The notes below the pieces were generated by a model, which searched no databases, was not told where the DNA came from, and worked only from the letters and a program-made list of their open reading frames with translations. From Macrostomum lignano (lineage: Eukaryota), in the NCBI GenBank assembly GCA_002269645.1, contig NIVC01000061.1, positions 868,001 to 932,000 on the forward strand: DNA of 64,000 nucleotides. Direction: 5' to 3'. A program made the position numbers and the translations under genes. Positions within the stretch are counted from its first letter, which is position 1. The number at the start of each line of letters is the position of its first letter. Shown in pieces: positions 1 to 12,699 of the stretch.

Positions 1-732
1 AGTGCTATAAATAAGTTTTCTGACGCAAACAATCCGAATCTCTTTAAAATCGCAATTTATCTCTATTGGGTATCATTCTCTAACCTAATAACTTACCCAC
101 ATGGCTTACTTACCATAATAAGCAGTTTCTCAAGAATTATAAATTTGACCCTTGTCTTATTTTTCGGCAGTAAATGTTTATCATTTCTACTGAAAGTAGT
201 CTGTTGCGAAATTGCGAAAGTCATTGTGAAAATCACCAAAAAGTTTTTTACTCGTATCGTATGAGTAAACTTGTACTTTTTTGGAATTAGCGGATTTGCT
301 GCATCTGGGTTTAGTCGTGTTGTGAGCAACTCCTTGGCATGACGAAGGTTTCGGCTTTATCAAGCCGGGAAGGGGGGTGGCAACGCAGTCTGATTAAATT
401 TCAAAAATTATTTCCGAATCATTTGGTCTTCTAGAAGCAGTCATTGCTTTAATCTGAGAGAGGAAGCGGTGCGTATTTTCTGCAAGGTCGCTTCGTGTTA
501 ATCCTAATTAGAGAGGGAGGGGGAGCAGGGGAGTTTTACTCGCGTGGTTTTCCCCGTCTAATCTGATCTGCTCCGTGGGGAAATTTCTTGTTTCGAAGTC
601 AGATTTCATTTAATTTGTAACTGCGTTGAATTCTATCAATTATTATCTATTTGACACCAAAAGTCCTCGCATAATAGTTGAGATAGCCTGTAGAGAGTGG
701 CTGCATCAGCTTGTTGAATAATATTTTTTAAT

Positions 733-1412
733 GGGAGCACGAGAAATGCCCGCAGACGAATTGCCCGCCGAGATTTGCCCGCAGGAGATTTGCCCGTGGA
801 GATTTGCCCGCCGAGCTTTTCCCGCGGAGATTTGCCCGCAGTGCATTTTGCCCGTGAGCGAATTGCCCGTGGAGATTTGCCCGCCGAGAATTGCCCGCCG
901 AGATTTGCCCGCAGTGCAATTTGCCCGCGAGCGAGTTGCCCGCCGAGTTTTTTCCCGCCGAGGTTTGCCCGCAATGCTTTTTTCCCGCAGCGCATTTGGC
1001 AGCTAGATTCTGTCTGCATTGCCCCCCCCCAAAAAAAATATGCATTTGATATGCAGTTACTATCAAAACGTTTTGATCATGTAAATCTCTTTATTGAGAT
1101 TTACTAAGCATTGGGAAGGCAATGCAGACAAAATCTGCCGCGTGGCTAAATGCGCTGCAGGAAAAAAGCATTGCGGGCAAACCTCGGCGGGAAAAAACTC
1201 GGCGGGCAACTCGCTCGCGGGCAAATTGCACTGCGGGCAAATCTCGGCGAGCAATTCTCGGCGGGCAAATCTCCACGGGCAATTCGCTCACGGGCAAAAT
1301 GCACTGCGGGCAAATCTCCGCGGGAAAAGCTCGGCGGGCAAATCTCCACGGGCAAATCTCCTGCGGGCAAATCTCGGCGGGCAATTTGTCTGCGGGCAAT
1401 TCTCATGGACCC
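733..1412. mobile_element. Non-autonomous foldback/MITE-like element with about 290-bp terminal inverted arms
   Basis: 733-~1023 is the near reverse complement of ~1118-1412; the arms are built of GAGATTTGCCCGC-type subrepeats. Flanks TTTTTTAAT (724-732) and TATTTTAAT (1413-1421) match 8/9, a possible 9-bp TSD. Confidence 0.75.
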
Positions 1413-1551
1413 TATTTTAATTAAATCATCATACTTATTTTTAACTAAATTGTCTGCCCCGATCTCGGCAGTTTTTGCTAGAAACGCCATTAGTTCTGCT
1501 GTCTGCATTTTTAAACTGTTTAATTTTAGTTTGCGCGGGCTCTGCTTAGGA

Positions 1552-2050
1552 GGTATTAGAGACGGGTTCACAGAGGGGAATATTAGAGACAGGGATCACA
1601 GAGGGGATATTAGAGACGGGGATCACAGAGGGGATATTAGAGACGGGATCACAGAGGGATATTAGAGACGGGAGTCCCAGATCAGAGGGGATGTTAGAGA
1701 CGGGAGTCCCAGAGGGGATGTTAGAGACGGGAGTCCCAGAGGGGATGTTAGAGACGGGAGTCCCAGAGGGGATTTTAGAGATGGGAGTCCCAGGATGTTA
1801 GAGACGGGAGTCCCAGAGTGGATGTTAGAGACGGGAGTCCCAGAGTGGATGTTAGAGACGGGAGTCCCAGAGGGGATGTTAGAGACGGGAGTCCCAGAGG
1901 GGATGTTAGAGACGGGAGTTCCAGAGGGGATGTTAGAGACGGGAGTCCCAGAAGGGATGTTAGAGACGGGAGTCCCAGAAGGGATGTTAGAGACGGGAGT
2001 CCCAGAGTGGATGTTAGAGACGGGAGTCCCAGAGGGGATGTTTGAGACGG
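1552..2050. repeat. 27-bp minisatellite GGATGTTAGAGACGGGAGTCCCAGAGG
   Basis: Tandem copies read directly; gives the (MLETGVPEG)n pseudo-ORF. Confidence 0.95.
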
Positions 2051-2564
2051 GGTCAGCGATGTGAGATCAAAGAGTCTAGATCAAAGGTGGTTTTAAAGCA
2101 TAGAATAGGAAATTCAATGCATAGAGCAAAAGAAGCGACCTGCAACATCAAGTCCGCTTGCAACATGTTAATAATCCGCTTTCAATGGATACAACATTGA
2201 AGTCTGTTTGTTCACTTTTAATCTTTCAAAGGCACAGGCAGAGTCAGTGGCAGTTGTTGGGTTTGCTTTAATCTGCATAACATAAAAGATACAATGCATA
2301 AATGTAGTTCTCGCGATCGCATCACGCAAGATTGCTTGAGGCGAGGCCGGAGCTATTGAGACATCGGGGCTTTAATTTATAATGACCATCACGATCTAGC
2401 CAGAGGCTGCGCTGCGCATGCAGATATGCAGTCTTGGCTAATAACATTTTACAGTGAATTTGGTATTAGAGTGTCTGGTTTTGAGGGAATAATTAGGGAG
2501 ACCACTGACTATAGAGAGATCCGCGATAGTGACAAGAGTGACAGGCATCTTTGAAAGTGACGAG

Positions 2565-3300
2565 AGAGGTCTGAGAAAGTTTACGAAAGAGATTTTTGAA
2601 AGTGACGAAAATGATCTTGAAGGGTGACGAGAACTCTGTGAGAGTGACGAGGGATATCTTGCAGATAGCTAGTGACGAGAACTCTGTGAGAGTTACGAGG
2701 GATATCTTGCAGATAGCTAGTGACGAGAGATCTGTGAAAGTGACTAGGGATATCTTGTAGATAGCTAGTGACGAGAGATCTGTGAGAGTGACTAGGGATA
2801 TCTTGTAGATAGCTAGTGACGAGAGATCTGTGAGAGTGACGAGGGATATCTTGCAGAGAGTGACGAGAGATCTGTGAGAGTGACGAGGGATATCTTGCAG
2901 AGAGTGACGAGGGATATCTTGCAGAGAGTGACGAGAGATCTGTGAGAGTGACGAGATATCTTGCAGAGAGTGACGAGAGATCTGTGAGAGTGACAAGATA
3001 TCTTGCAGAGAGTGACGAGAGATCTGTGAGAGTGACAAGATATCTTGCAGAGAGTGACGAGAGATCTGTGAGAGTGACAAGATATCTTGCAGCGAGTGAC
3101 GAGAGATCTGTGAGAGTGACAAGATATCTTGCAGAGAGTGACGAGAGATCTGTGAGAGTGACAAGATATCTTGCAGAGAGTGACGAGCGATCTGTGAGAG
3201 TGACAAGATATCTTGCAGAGAGTGACGAGAGATCTGTGAAAGTGACGAGAAGTATCTTGCATTGCAGAATATCTTGATCCTGAAAAGAGTGACAAGAGCT
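2565..3300. repeat. 42-bp minisatellite GAGTGACGAGAGATCTGTGAGAGTGACAAGATATCTTGCAGA
   Basis: Tandem copies; the unit is a 20+22 dimer of GAGTGAC-starting subunits. Confidence 0.95.
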
Positions 3301-3779
3301 TTCATTGAGTGATCATATTACCCGTAAACTTTTCTGGGAATAAATTCAACGCAATTGTTTTCTGTTAGCGCATGAATTATACTTTACGCTACAAAAGTCC
3401 AGGCAGATATGCTAATAGTCATTTTCAGTCTCAACTGTACAAGCGCAGTGATAATGAGAGTGAGAGGAATTCGTGTGATATTAAAATAATGACACCGGAG
3501 CGATATACCAAGTAATTAAATAGCCGACTGTCCGATCGCAGCTGTGCCGTCTCTCTGCCTTATCTCCGATCTCTTCCGTCTCCGCCAGGCGGGTCAATTA
3601 GTGCGAAAGTGGGGCCTGCGCAGTTAAGTCTGGAAGGCGGAAGAGAGATAATAGCGTGCGCGTAGCCGTCCTTGCGTGGCTTTAGCGCGGGTAAAAGTAC
3701 AAAAATGTTTGCTATAATGGTGACTGCGCTAGGAAATCCTACCTGCTTGTACTAAAAAAGCGCCCCGTTACAGAACGTG

Positions 3780-4600
3780 ACGCAATGCCTCCTACAGGAC
3801 GGGGCGCCATGTCTCCTACAGAATGGGGCGCGATGTCTCCAACAGAACGGGCGCCATGTCTCCTACAGAACGGGCGCCATGTCTCCTACAGAACGGGCGC
3901 CATGTCTCCTACAGAATGGGGCGCCATGCCTCACTACAGAACGGGGCGCCATGTCTCCTACAGAACGGGCGCCATGTCTCCTACAGAACGGGGCGCCATG
4001 TCTCCTACAGAACGGGCGCCATGTCTCCTACAGAATGGGGCGCCATGCCTCACTACAGAACGGGGCGCCATGTCTCCTACAGAACGGGCGCCATGTCTCC
4101 TACAGAACGGGCGCCATGTCTCCAACAGAATGGGGCGCCATGCCTCACTACAGAACGGGGCGCCATGCCTCCTATAGAACGGGGCGCCATGTCTCACTAT
4201 AGAATGGGGTGCTATGCCTACAGAACGGGGCGCCATGCCTCCAACAGAATGGGGCGCCATGTCTCCTACAGAACGGGCGCCATGTCTCCTACAGAACGGG
4301 CGCCATGTCTCCAACAGAATGGGGCGCCATGTCTCCTACAGAACGGGCGCCATGTCTCCTACAGAACGGGCGCCATGTCTCCAACAGAATGGGGCGCCAT
4401 GCCTCACTACAGAACGGGGCGCCATGCCTACAGAATGGGGCGCCATGCCTCACACAGGACGGGGCGCCATGCCTCACACAGAACGGGGCGCCATGCCTCA
4501 CTACAGAACGGGGCGCCATGCCTCACTACAGAACGGGGCGCCATGCCTCACTACAGAACGGGGCGCCATGCCTCACTACAGAACGGGGCGCCATGACTCC
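3780..4600. repeat. 23/24-bp minisatellite CCTACAGAACGGG(G)CGCCATGTCT
   Basis: Tandem copies read directly. Confidence 0.95.
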
Positions 4601-5409
4601 TACAGAGCGCGTCGAGACACATACAAATTCAGAGATATTATTGACTTTTAATTACAGACAATGGGATCGGAGAGGACTTGCAAAACTACAAAAACTCGGC
4701 CTACAAGGCTCTCTCTTCATCTCACTCGGTTTTTCATTAACGCCATGATTCCCATTCGCATGTCCCTTGTCACTCATCTCTTTCTCAGTGCAGTCTCTCT
4801 ATCTTCATCATATCCTGTAGCAATATGCCGCTTTTTAATTACTCTGTATCCGGCTGCGTGACCAATTATACAGCATTATTATTATAGCCGCTGCTCAGGG
4901 ATTGAGCACTTGCATTAGTTAGAAGCAGGGTGGATACATAATTATGAGCACGCGCTGCTTTAGCCGCTAATGCGCTGCGAGACACGTGCTGTAATATTAA
5001 TTCCCAGCTCTCTTGGGGACTGATGAGGCTCCGGCGGCTGCTTAGGGGACACAGGGAATAGGAAGGTAAAACCGCGCCATTACTCAGATTTGTCAGCTCA
5101 AAATATGTGGACTTCCCGTCTCTTCTGTCTCTCATTGCTTGCTAATGAGAATTTTTTATCCGAGGTTATATCCGTCTACATCGTGAGCTCGTATTGCAGT
5201 ATCTCGGTAGATTGTGCATTTCAGGTTTATCATATCGACGAGATGACTATAAGATCGAGTGCTTGATTAGTTGGGGCTTGGGGGTATTTAAATATGGTCA
5301 AGTAGGGACTCGATATATTGAATTATTGAGAAGTGCTGCTGCCGACATGTCCTGCTTACTCCATTCTCTCATACCTTTGTATGATCCTCTTGCGCTTGTC
5401 CATCTCCCA

Positions 5410-5760
5410 TTTTCTCCCTCCCTCTTGATCAATTCTCCACCCTCTCCCTCCCTCTTGATCAATTCTCCACCCTCTCCCTCCCTCTTGATCAATTCTCCAC
5501 CCTCTCCCTCCCTCTTGATCAATTCTCCACCCTCTCCCTCCCTCTTGATCAATTCCCTCCCCCTCCCTCTTGATCCCCTCTCCCTTCCCTCCCCCTCCCT
5601 CTTGATCCCCTCTCCATTCCCTCTCACTCCCTCTTGATCCCTTCCCTCTCCCTCCCTTTTGATCCCCTCTCCCTTCCCTCTCCCTCCCTCTTGATCCATT
5701 CTCCCTTCCCTCTCCCTCCCTCTTGATCCATTCTCCCTTCCCTCTCCCTTCTCACTCTCT
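5410..5760. repeat. Pyrimidine-rich ~30-bp repeat (CTCCCTCCCTCTTGATC core)
   Basis: Tandem copies, degenerating towards 3'. Confidence 0.9.
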
Positions 5761-6869
5761 CTCTTCCACTCCCGTTCTCTCCATTCTTGGCCTTCGTTTC
5801 CCCATACAGTCTCCAGTTTTTTGTCTTCACATCCGTCTCTGTCAGCGTCTCCTTCCATCGTTCTGTAACAGCCAAGCAGTCAATGATTAGTCTTCTTGCG
5901 TCTGATTTCTCCCATATCTTCCTGGCGCTGCCCTTCAGTCATGCGTCAGTTCCTTTCTCCCACTAAATAGGATATCGATATCTGTCCAATGCAGACGCCC
6001 CCAAAGCTGCAGATATTCCATGTATACTCGTATGATTACCTAGAATGACCTAGAAAGAACTGACTTGTGTCAGTTGATGCAAGCTGTTCCAAAACCCGGT
6101 CTTGGCACACTCCGTTAATGGCTATAGCTGTATTCAGAATCCAGCCCATGCGCACAGAGAGGGGAAGAGAGGCAAGACGGTAAAAGTGCAGGCAGAACTC
6201 CCCGCAGCAGGTTCTGAGATCCCACTGGCTGCATGGGTTCTAATTTGCATTTTTCTCCCATAGCCTTCTTTGGTCTGCGCGGTCAATCTGAACTTTTCAC
6301 TCTGTCCTTGTATGCGATGCTGCACCCTGCCCAGCCTCCTTACTCGTAGGAGTTTTTCTAATGTGTTCCTTCTTCTTTTAGAGGCAAAACGGATGCCCTG
6401 GGGGGCGGCGCTGATTAATCCACCCCGCAAGGCGTTCTCCCTCGCGTTCTCCCTTCCCCTTTCCAGCCTTCCACCATCGGCCTCTTCAAGCGGGGATCGA
6501 CTTTATCCCCCCCCCCGAAAATCCTTATCCTGGCCCTTCATCATTCCTTCCCAGCTTCCTTATATATATGCATGTATATTCTTATATATTATATAAGGAC
6601 GGCAGCACATCCTATAGATATGCAGATATTTGCATTGCGGGTCCTTGGCTGCACAGTTAAGCCAGGCAATCGTAACACTGGCTAAGACGAAATGGGATAT
6701 CCAAAGAAAGAAATCCCATTATGTACTAACAGTGTATAAGCATCTTATACTGGCTTTCTGCGTGCACACGCGCCATGGACGGCGAACTGGAATTGAAACT
6801 GAAAATGGATGAAATTCTTTTACACTTTTCCTATGCTTGGATAGTCTGGCCGATTCTGGTCAGGGTTAA

Positions 6870-7185
6870 GAATTAGGAGTGATTCTCTGGTGAGGATTTG
6901 GGATTAGGAGTGATTATCAGGTCAGGATTTGGGATTAGAAGTGATTCTCAGGTAAGGATTTGGGATTACTAGTGATTCTCAGATGAGGATTTGAGATTAG
7001 AAGTGATTCTCAGATGAGGATTTGGGATTAGAAGTGATTCTCAGGTGAGGATTTGGGATTAGGAGTGATTCTCATGTGAGGATTTGGGATTAGGCGTGAT
7101 TCTCAGGTGAGGATTTGGGATTAGGAGTGATTCTCAGGTGAGGATTTGGGATTAGGAGTGATTCTCAGGTGAGGTTGCAGTGTTA
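6870..7185. repeat. 31-bp minisatellite GGGATTAGGAGTGATTCTCAGGTGAGGATTT
   Basis: About 10 tandem copies. Confidence 0.93.
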
Positions 7186-7614
7186 GGAGTGAGTCTGGTA
7201 AAGATGGTGTGTGTATTTTCCAAAATTATGAGTTTTGTTGAGTACACGCATGCAGAGCGCACGATGCTTTTGAAACTGACATTAGCCCAGAATTGATGGA
7301 GCAGATGATTTGGATAAACTGATATTCGCTCCAGATTGCTCCAACCAAAGCACCCTGGCTTCATATGTTCCAAGAGGAACTAGCAAACATTCCCTAAAAC
7401 GTTTATTTTTAGTTCCCAATTCCCACGAAGGAAAAGAATAGTTTTTAAGCATCAGCTGACCTGATATGTTTGGGTGGGGCTGCTGGGAACGGATGGACTT
7501 TTACCACGAGGCTGCTAAAATACTGGATTGGTGCTGCATAATTCTAGCTATTTATCACACTGCATGCTATTCTCTAATATATTTTCAGCTAGTGTCTAAC
7601 AGTTTCTGTATTTA

Positions 7615-8385
7615 ACAATCTAAGCTACTGTACACCAGAGCCTAAGCTACTGTCTAACAGAGTCTAAGCTACTGTCTAACAGAGCCTAAGCTACTGTCTA
7701 ACAGAGCCTAAGCTACTGTCTAACAGAGTCTAAGCTACTGTCTAACAGAGCCTAAGCTACTGTCTAACAGAGTCTAAGCTACTGTCTAACAGAGCCTAAG
7801 CTACTGTCTAACAGCCTAAGCTACTGTCTAACAGAGCCTAAGCTCCTGTCTAACAGAGCCTAAGCTCCTGTCTAACAGAGCCTAAGCTACTGTCTAACAG
7901 AGCCTAAGCTACTGTCTAACAGAGCCTAAGCTCCTGTCTAACAGAGCCTAAGCTCCTGTCTAACAGAGCCTAAGCTACTGTCTAACAGAGCCTAAGCTAC
8001 TGTCTAACAGAGCCTAAGCTACTGTCTAACAGAGTCTAAGCTACTGTCTAACAGAGCCTAAGCTACTGTCTAACAGAGCCTAAGCTACTGTCTAACAGAG
8101 CCTAAGCTACTGTCTAACAGAGCCTAAGCTCCTGTCTAACAGAGCCTAAGCTACTGTCTAACAGAGCCTAAGCTACTGTCTAACAGAGCCTAAGCTACTG
8201 TCTAACAGAGCCTAAGCTACTGTCTAACAGAGTCTAAGCTACTGTCTAACAAAGTCTAAGCTACTGTCTAACAGAGCCTAAGCTACTGTCTAACAGAGCC
8301 TAAGCTACTGTCTAACAGAGCCTAAGCTACTGTCTAACAGAGCCTAAGCTACTGTCTAACAGAGCCTAAGCTACTGTCTAACAGA
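7615..8385. repeat. 22-bp minisatellite CTAAGCTACTGTCTAACAGAGC
   Basis: Highly homogeneous tandem copies. Confidence 0.97.
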
Positions 8386-8579
8386 TTATATCTAAGCGCT
8401 TTTGCGTGACTGACAGGTGAAAACACCCTGCCCCTCCCCAGAGCCCGTTGAGGGCGTTGGCGGTGTGATTTGATGCGGGCCCTCTTCATCTTTCTCCTGA
8501 GATGTTTACGGATGAAAAATGATTAAATTGCCGTCGTTGAAGAAATTGTCGCTCATGCTTATAGTCTAATCCAGAATTT

Positions 8580-8840
8580 CTTCCCAGGTATCACAGGTAT
8601 CAGCTCCGATTCCTGTTCCAGGTAAACACAGGTTTATCCCATTCTGTTCCAGGTAAACACAGGTTTATCCCATTCTGTTCCAGGTAAACACAGGTTTATC
8701 CCATTCCTGTTCCAGGAACCACAGGTATCTCCGATTCCTGTTCAAAGTACCACAAGTGCCTCCAGTTCCTGTTCCAGGTAATCACAGGTATCTCCAATTC
8801 CTGTTCCAGGTACTACAGTTATCTCCGATTCCTGTTCCCG
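8580..8840. repeat. ~31-bp repeat AGGTAAACACAGGTTTATCCCATTCTGTTCC
   Basis: 3 near-perfect plus several degenerate copies. Confidence 0.85.
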
Positions 8841-9214
8841 GCATCGCGGGCATCGCTAATTCCGGCCGTAAAGCTTTCTTAGAAAGTATGATTTCTTCCC
8901 TTAAAAATTTAGCACCTCCTCGAATTGATAAGAGCGTCAACATCACGTGACTTCTTGTCGTTGAGAGAATTAACAGCGAAAGGCGGGAGTTCTGTTCGCT
9001 ACTCTTTGATACCGAGTGGGCAGATTACTATCATATTCCACCTAGCAACTCAGATTTCTCAATAATTTTCCGCAGTGCCATTAATGTAAATATTCTACAT
9101 GTAATAGCATTGTCCGGCCCTTATTTCTGAGCTTCTTAAAATCGCAAAATGAGTTATGAAATATGAGTTGCTGGGGATTAATAAAGCTGTCTGTTTTTCA
9201 CTGAAATCATGCTA

Positions 9215-10394
9215 AGGTTGACAGAAAAAAGAGAGAGAGAGCTGACAGAAATATAGAGGGGGAGGGAGCTGGCAGAAAAAGAGAGAGGGAACTGACAGAT
9301 ATGAAAAGAGAGGGGAGCTGGCAGAAATGAAGAGAGAGAGAGGGGGGAACTGACAGAAATGAAGAAAGAGAGGGAGCTGACAGAAATGAAGAGAGAGAGA
9401 GGGAACTGACAGAAATGAAGAGAGAGGGGGGAGCTGACAGAAATGAAGAGAGAGAGGGGGAACTGACAGAAATGAAGAGAGAGGGGGGAGCTGACAGAAA
9501 TGAAGAGAGAGAGAGGGGGGAACTGACAGAAATGAAGAAAGAGAGGGAGCTGACAGAAATGAAGAGAGAGAGAGGGAACTGACAGAAATGAAGAGAGAGG
9601 GGGGAGCTGACAGAAATGAAGAGAGAGAGGGGGAACTGACAGAAATGAAGAGAGAGGGGGGAGCTGACAGAAATGAAGAGAGAGAGGGAGCTGACAGAAA
9701 TGAAGAGAGAGAGAGGGGGGAACTGACAGAAATGAAGAGAGAGAGGGAGCTGACAGAAATGAAGAGAGAGAGAGGGGGAACTGACAGAAATGAAGAGAGA
9801 GGGGGAACTGACAGAAATGAAGAGAGAGAGGGGGAACTGACAGAAATGAAGAGAGAGAGGGGGAACTGACAGAAATGAAGAGAGAGAGGGGGAACTGACA
9901 GAAATGAAGAGAGAGGGAGGAACTGACAGAAATGAAGAGAGAGGGGGGGAACTGACAGAAATGAAGAGAGAGAGAGAGAGAGAGAGGGGGAACTGACAGA
10001 AATGAAGAGAGAGGGGGGGAACTGACAGAAATGAAGAGAGAGAGAGAGAGAGAGGGGGAACTGACAGAAATGAAGAGAGAGGGGGAGCTGACAGATATGA
10101 AAAGAGAGGGGAGCTGGCAGAAATGAAGAGAGAGGGAGCTGACAGAAATGAAGAGAGAGAGAGGGAGCTGACAGAAATGAAGAGAGAGAGAGGGAGCTGA
10201 CAGAAATGAAGAGAGAGAGAGGGAGCTGACAGAAATGAAGAGAGAGAGAGGGAGCTGACAGAAATGAAGAGAGAGAGGGGGCTGACAAGAAATGAAGAGA
10301 GAGAGAGAGAGAGAGAGAGAGCTGGCAGAGATGAAGAGAGAGAGAGAGAGGGAGCTGACAGAAATGAAGAGAGAGAGAGGGAGCTGACAGAAAT

Positions 10395-10430
<36 letters not shown>

Positions 10431-10575
10431 GGCAGAGATGAAGAGAGAGAGAGAGCTGACAGAAATAAAGAGAGAGAGGGAGCTGACAGAAAAAAAGAGA
10501 GAGAGGGAGCTGACAGAAATAAAGAGAGAGAGGGAGCTGACAGAAATAAAGAGAGAGAGGGAGCTGACGGAAATA
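9215..10575. repeat. Composite minisatellite CTGACAGAAATGAA + variable (GA)nG-run
   Basis: Constant core separated by variable-length GA tracts. Confidence 0.97.
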
Positions 10576-11444
10576 AATATCGATACTTTCTGTACACGTC
10601 TCGAGTCCAACACGCATTGATTTGTTTATTTCTACACTCCATTTCAAAGCAACCCGCAGTCCTCGTCTCAGTACGGGCGTAAATATATTTTTGGTAAACT
10701 TGGGCCTTTAAAAATGGCTTCCTAGAAACACGGGGTTGAATATTCGTTCTTTAAATTAAGGAGCAACCACATGTACTCTATTTGATGCTTAAGACTATCG
10801 GATAGCGAGAAGCAAGAGGGAGATGAGCTTATAGAGGCGATATATGCTGAAGAGGCTGAAGGGGATTGAAAACCTCGCCTTCAGTGCTTCATCGATCCGC
10901 GGGAGGGGGGGACTAACTAACGAGCTGCTGGAACACGAATAGCCTCCGCCATAGCCTAGCGTACATCCGCATCATCATTACTAAACCCTCGTCTACTGGG
11001 CACTAGAGGCTGGATTGTACAGCGCCGGGGAGATACAAGGGGTCTGTTGGGATTTCGGGAGCGCTTTCCACTCTTCCCAATCTCTTCCCCAATCTCTTTT
11101 CTCCTTTTCGCTGCACATCGCCTCATCCGTCTTCCCGCATGGTAAAAGGCAAAAAGGCAGTTATATGCATCAATACTGTCCCATATGTATGTAATACACA
11201 GCACGGCGTGATCTGTACGGGAGGCCAGGCAGTTCTGCTTGTGCATGAATATCCCTCCTGTTTTCGCTCTAAACCATCTTCCTGCAAGGCTGCACCACAG
11301 AGCCCGGGCTTGGCTGTCAATGGTGGGCGCTATTTTTAGCAACTATGACGCATGCGGTCTGCCCTTGTGAATCAAGGAAAGGAGAGGCGTTCAAACAGTT
11401 GCAGTTGGAGGGAAAGGATACTGGGGAATTAATTCTCTGTCTCT

Positions 11445-12060
11445 GGAGCTAAATGTGCCTCTGGAGCTTAATATCTGTGTCTCTGGCGCTAAATATCTGT
11501 ATCTCTGGCGCTTAATATCTGTGCCTCTGGAGCTTAATATCTGTGTCCCTGGCGCTTAATATCTGCATCCCTGGCGCTTAATATCTGTGTCTCTGGCGAT
11601 TAATATCTGTCTCTGGCGCTTAATATCTGCATCCCTGGCGCTTAATATCTGTGTCTCTGGCGCTTAATATCTGCATCCCTGGCGCTTAATATCTGTGTCC
11701 CTGGCGCTTAATATCTGTGTCCCTGGCGCTTAATATCTGCATCCCTGGCGCTTAATATCTGTGCCTCTGGAGCTTAATATCTGTGTCTCTGGCGCTTAAT
11801 ATCTGCATCCCTGGCGCTTAATATCTGCATCCCTGGCGCTTAATATCTGTGTCCCTGGCGCTTAATATCTGTGTCTCTGTCGCTTAATATCTGTGTCCCT
11901 GGCGCTTAATATCTGTGTCTCTGTCGCTTAATATCTGTGTCTCTGGCGCTTAATATCTGTGCCTCTGGCGCTTAATATCTGTGTCCCTGGCGCTTAATAT
12001 CTGTGCCTCTGGCGCTTAATATCTGTGTCTCTGGCGCTTAATATCTGTGCCTCTGGCGCT
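11445..12060. repeat. 22-bp minisatellite CTGGCGCTTAATATCTGTGTCC
   Basis: Tandem copies read directly. Confidence 0.96.
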
Positions 12061-12699
12061 AAATTTTCTGTTTGTGGCGCTGAATCATTAAGAACTTAAG
12101 CAGTATAGCAACCAAGAAGACAGTAACGATGTGATTTATTATTTTAGACAATCAGCTTTGTATTTTGTTCCCAAAAAATCTCACAGGACCAGACGATGTT
12201 TTCTGTATATATAATTTTCATTTACATACTTTATTAGCATAATATTTTTCACGCAGGGCTGACATCAAAGATGGAATTTGCTTCGCTTATTCATCTTGGT
12301 ACGAGTTGCAGCTTTGCCTTTGACCAGGTAAAAATAATCCAGCAAAATCTCATTTCCTTTTCGCTTAATAGATTCCCGAGGCTTGTATCCTGTTTCAAAA
12401 GGGGGAAGTCCAGGGGTAGGAAAGGAAGAGGAGTCGGCGGCATCGCTTCGTTAAAATCTGGATGGAGCGGAAATGCTTGGTTGATGCAGGGTGAGGGGGC
12501 ACGCGGTTCGGCATCTGCGCCCGTGCAGAATTGAAACTGGGCGGCGCCCAGCCTCCCGATCCCCTTCAGGCCTCGCAGTTGCTGGCAGCAACGCGCAAAG
12601 GGAGTGGCCCATTTGCGCCCCGTCGAGGCCTTCCTTTGGGGATCAAAGCTGCCAGGAATGAGGATTTGGGATGTTGGGAAAAAGCATGCTGACGAAGTG

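Noticed and set aside
4866-6812. Short ORFs 4866-5135, 6134-6430, 6270-6596, 6630-6812
   Set aside because: No recognisable motifs or consistent exon chain; cannot support a gene
6870-7185. Telomere-like GATTAGG words
   Set aside because: Part of a 31-bp unit; no (TTAGGG)n run
9178-10647. 470-490-aa ORFs in three frames
   Set aside because: Translations of a stop-free minisatellite strand
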